A stretch of 29,430 bases of DNA, taken from the IMG/VR virus record IMGVR_UViG_3300023712_000215; one strand, written 5' to 3'. The notes beneath the pieces were generated by a model. The model did no database searches. It saw only the letters and a program-made list of their open reading frames with translations, and had not been told where the DNA came from. Below, one piece after another: positions 27,148 through 29,430 of this stretch. Each line of letters opens with the position of its first letter. Positions within the stretch are counted from its first letter, which is position 1. A program made the translations under genes and the position numbers. Source of the stretch: a virus.

Positions 27148-28521
27148 TATAGTTTTTTACCAAAAGTTTATACCATTTAATTAATAAATATAGTATTATG
27201 AAAACGGAAAATAAAAAAGTTGCAGATCATTTGAGTATTAATGAAATGAATAGTTTATTAAAGGAACATAGACATTCTTATGACATATATAGACGTTTAC
27301 TATTAATTAGAATGGTATACAAAGGTGAAACAATTTATAAAGCATCTGATAATTTAAATATATCTCGTAAAACTGGTGAACGCTGGATAAAAGATTATAA
27401 TAAATATGGATTAGAAGGATTAACTTCAAAATATTCAAATTGTGGTAGAAAATCATTCCTAACTAAGGAACAAAAACAAGTTTTAAATGATAAAATTACA
27501 GGAAAAGAAGAAAATTATGACTTAAAAAAAGTTAAAAAACTAATTAAAGACGAATTCGACATAGAATATAGCGATAAACAAGTATGGGTTATAACACGAA
27601 AAAAATTAAACTTAAACTATGGAAAACCCATGTTACAATACAATACAAGACCAGAAAATGCAGAAGAAAAACTGAAAAAAAAACTAAATTAATAAATTCA
27701 AAAACAGAAAAAATAGCCATTTAGACGAAACTAAAACACAATGTACCTAATACTTCAAGAATATTATATAAACCTGGAACAAAAAATATTATTATTAAAC
27801 CACCATTTAAATTTGGTATAAATGTTGTAGGATTTCAAGGAATCAATTGTAAATCATATATGGAAGAAAATATAAAAAACAACTCATATACTTTCCTTAA
27901 AACAGTATGTAATTTCAGATCTTTAAATACAAACAATCATAAAGTAAAACAACAGATAAAAGAAGCATTAAATAACCCTAATTTAGAAATAGAAAATATA
28001 CAATTAATATTATACAAAAAACAATTATCTAATAAAGATTTAATTAATAAAATCAATGATGAATTGTATAATGAAAATCCAAAACAGATATCAATAGAAA
28101 AAATACAAAAAATATGTAGAAAAGAAGATATTAATAATTCAAGAAAAATAAGTAATTTACAAAGAGAAATAATATTAAAAAACCTTCAAAATTCAAAAAT
28201 AAAGGAAATATTATCAAAAGAAAAACCAATTTACTTAATCCTTGACAACGCAAAAATTCATCATGCAAAAATAATAGAAAGTGTTTGCGACATATTAAAC
28301 ATGAAATTAATCTTTTTAGAACCATACTGTCCTGATTTAAATCCAATAGAAGATGTATGGAGAACTATCAAAAGAATATTATATAATTCAAACTATAAAA
28401 CACTAGAAAAATTAATTAAGCTATTTAAAAAGTTATTTTACGAAATAGTTGATGATACATCATTTTATAATAATTGGCTTTCGGAATATTTTATGGTATA
28501 AACTTTTGGTAATATACTATA
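27148..28521 (+). mobile_element. IS630-family insertion sequence, about 1.37 kb, with 29-bp terminal inverted repeats including the flanking TA
   Basis: Left TATAGTTTTTTACCAAAAGTTTATACCAT (27148-27176) matches the reverse complement of 28493-28521 at 27 of 29 positions. TA at both ends fits the IS630 target duplication. Encloses HTH and DDE ORFs. Confidence 0.92.
27198..28501 (+). pseudogene. IS630 transposase: HTH ORF (27198..27692) plus DD34E catalytic ORF joined by a -1 frameshift at A9, with extra indels at the first catalytic Asp
   Basis: HTH ..LNISRKTGERWIKDYNKYGLEGL..GRKSFL. A9 at 27675-27683 before the stop. The C-part has LILDNAKIHH..EPYCPDLNPIE (34 residues between D and E). The -1 frame meets TAG at 27722, and the LDETK motif lies in a third frame. 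Confidence 0.85.
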
Positions 28522-28858
28522 GTTAAATAGTTAAATAAAAAAAAATACAATGTTGAGATAAACTTTAAATAATATCAAATGAATATTGCATATTGAAGAG
28601 TATTAATATTGTATACCTAAAATTATGTTTAAAATATAACATTTATCCATTACAAGATATTCATAATACAATATTAACCTCTTTATCATAATTTACGATT
28701 TTTACTATTTAAAATCTTCTATATTCCATAACTGTTTTTATAGAAATACCTTTTTCAATACCCCTACTTATTTTAATAATAAATATTATTATCAAGTATA
28801 ATTTACATAAGTTAATATTAGTATAGAATATTTTCTTTTAATTTAGGATGTGAATTAT

Positions 28859-29430
28859 TTGGATTTTGAGATAAGATATAAAGATGCTATGGCTAGGATT
28901 GGACGTTTTAAGACTCCTCATGGTGTTGTTAATACGCCTAATCTTATGCCTGTGGTTCATCCGGGTAAACAGACTTTGGATGTTAAAAAGTTTGGTGCAG
29001 AGATTGTGATTACTAATTCTTATATTATTTATAAGAATGAAGAGTTAAAAGAGAAAGCGTTAAAAGATGGTGTGCATTCTTTAATTGATTTTCCTCATAC
29101 TATTGAGACTGATAGTGGTTCATTCCAGTTATCTGTCTATGGTGATATTGATATTACAAATGAGGAAGTAATTAAGTTCCAGGAAGCTATTGGTACTGAT
29201 ATTGGAACTAGCTTGGATATTCCAACAGCTCCTTATGTTAAGCGTGAAGAGGCAGAGGCTGACTTGGATATTACATTGGAAAGGGCACGCGAGGCTATTG
29301 ATGTACGTGGCGATTTATTGCTTAATAGTGTTGTTCAGGGTTCTACTTTTCCTGATTTAAGAGAGTACTGTGCAAAGGAAATTAGTAAGCTTGATGCTGA
29401 TATTTATCCTATTGGTGCTGTTGTACCCCT
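28859..29430 (+). CDS. tgtA: Archaeal tRNA-guanine(15) transglycosylase (archaeosine pathway), 5' part, truncated by the window end
   Basis: Translation (L/M)DFEIRYKDAMARIGRFKTPHGVVNTPNLMPVVHP..ITNSYII..TDSGSFQL..LDIPT..VQGS..PIGAVVP. Start is TTG 28859 or GTG 28850. Absent from the ORF track because there is no stop in the window. Confidence 0.93.
   Translation, partial: MDFEIRYKDAMARIGRFKTPHGVVNTPNLMPVVHPGKQTLDVKKFGAEIVITNSYIIYKNEELKEKALKDGVHSLIDFPHTIETDSGSFQLSVYGDIDITNEEVIKFQEAIGTDIGTSLDIPTAPYVKREEAEADLDITLERAREAIDVRGDLLLNSVVQGSTFPDLREYCAKEISKLDADIYPIGAVVP

Noticed and set aside
27722-27724. In-frame TAG in a methanogen transposase, suggesting pyrrolysine readthrough
   Set aside because: The conserved DE motif lies in a different frame, so indels explain it. 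Methanobacteriales are not known to use pyrrolysine, and no pyl genes are present here.
1215-28346. Other short overlapping ORFs in the track (e.g. 1215..1418, 3297..3512, 6490..6807, 7024..7251, 7753..8019, 9847..10047, 12262..12477, 14084..14275, 18536..18769, 20708..21133, 21778..22163, 22752..22967, 24471..25018, 25784..25969, 28131..28346)
   Set aside because: All overlap well-supported long genes in another frame or strand and have the composition of AT-rich shadow ORFs.

Overview
Very AT-rich window from a methanogenic archaeon of the Methanobacteriales, most likely Methanosphaera- or Methanobrevibacter-like. Evidence: archaeal tRNA-guanine(15) transglycosylase at the right edge, GGTGA/AGGTG ribosome-binding sites, TTG starts, and an Asn/Thr-rich adhesin-like protein. 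About 27 kb is a cell-surface glycopolymer locus: a frameshifted alpha/beta-hydrolase, a hexapeptide O-acetyltransferase, a coiled-coil protein with 14-aa repeats, several multi-domain GT2 glycosyltransferases (three carry a catalytically degenerate GT2 domain), a TarM/TagE/GtfA-like GT4 fusion next to a reciprocally degenerate paralog, two GT2-TagF (CDP-glycerol glycerophosphotransferase-like) polymerase-type fusions facing each other across a beta-helix adhesin gene, and a further GT-A-like protein. A damaged IS630-family element with 29-bp TIRs separates the locus from the higher-GC core gene tgtA, which runs off the window. The best candidate for an undescribed system is an archaeal teichoic-acid/capsule-like polymer pathway with tailoring enzymes and possible coiled-coil length rulers. 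Family calls come from motif recognition by eye, not database searches.
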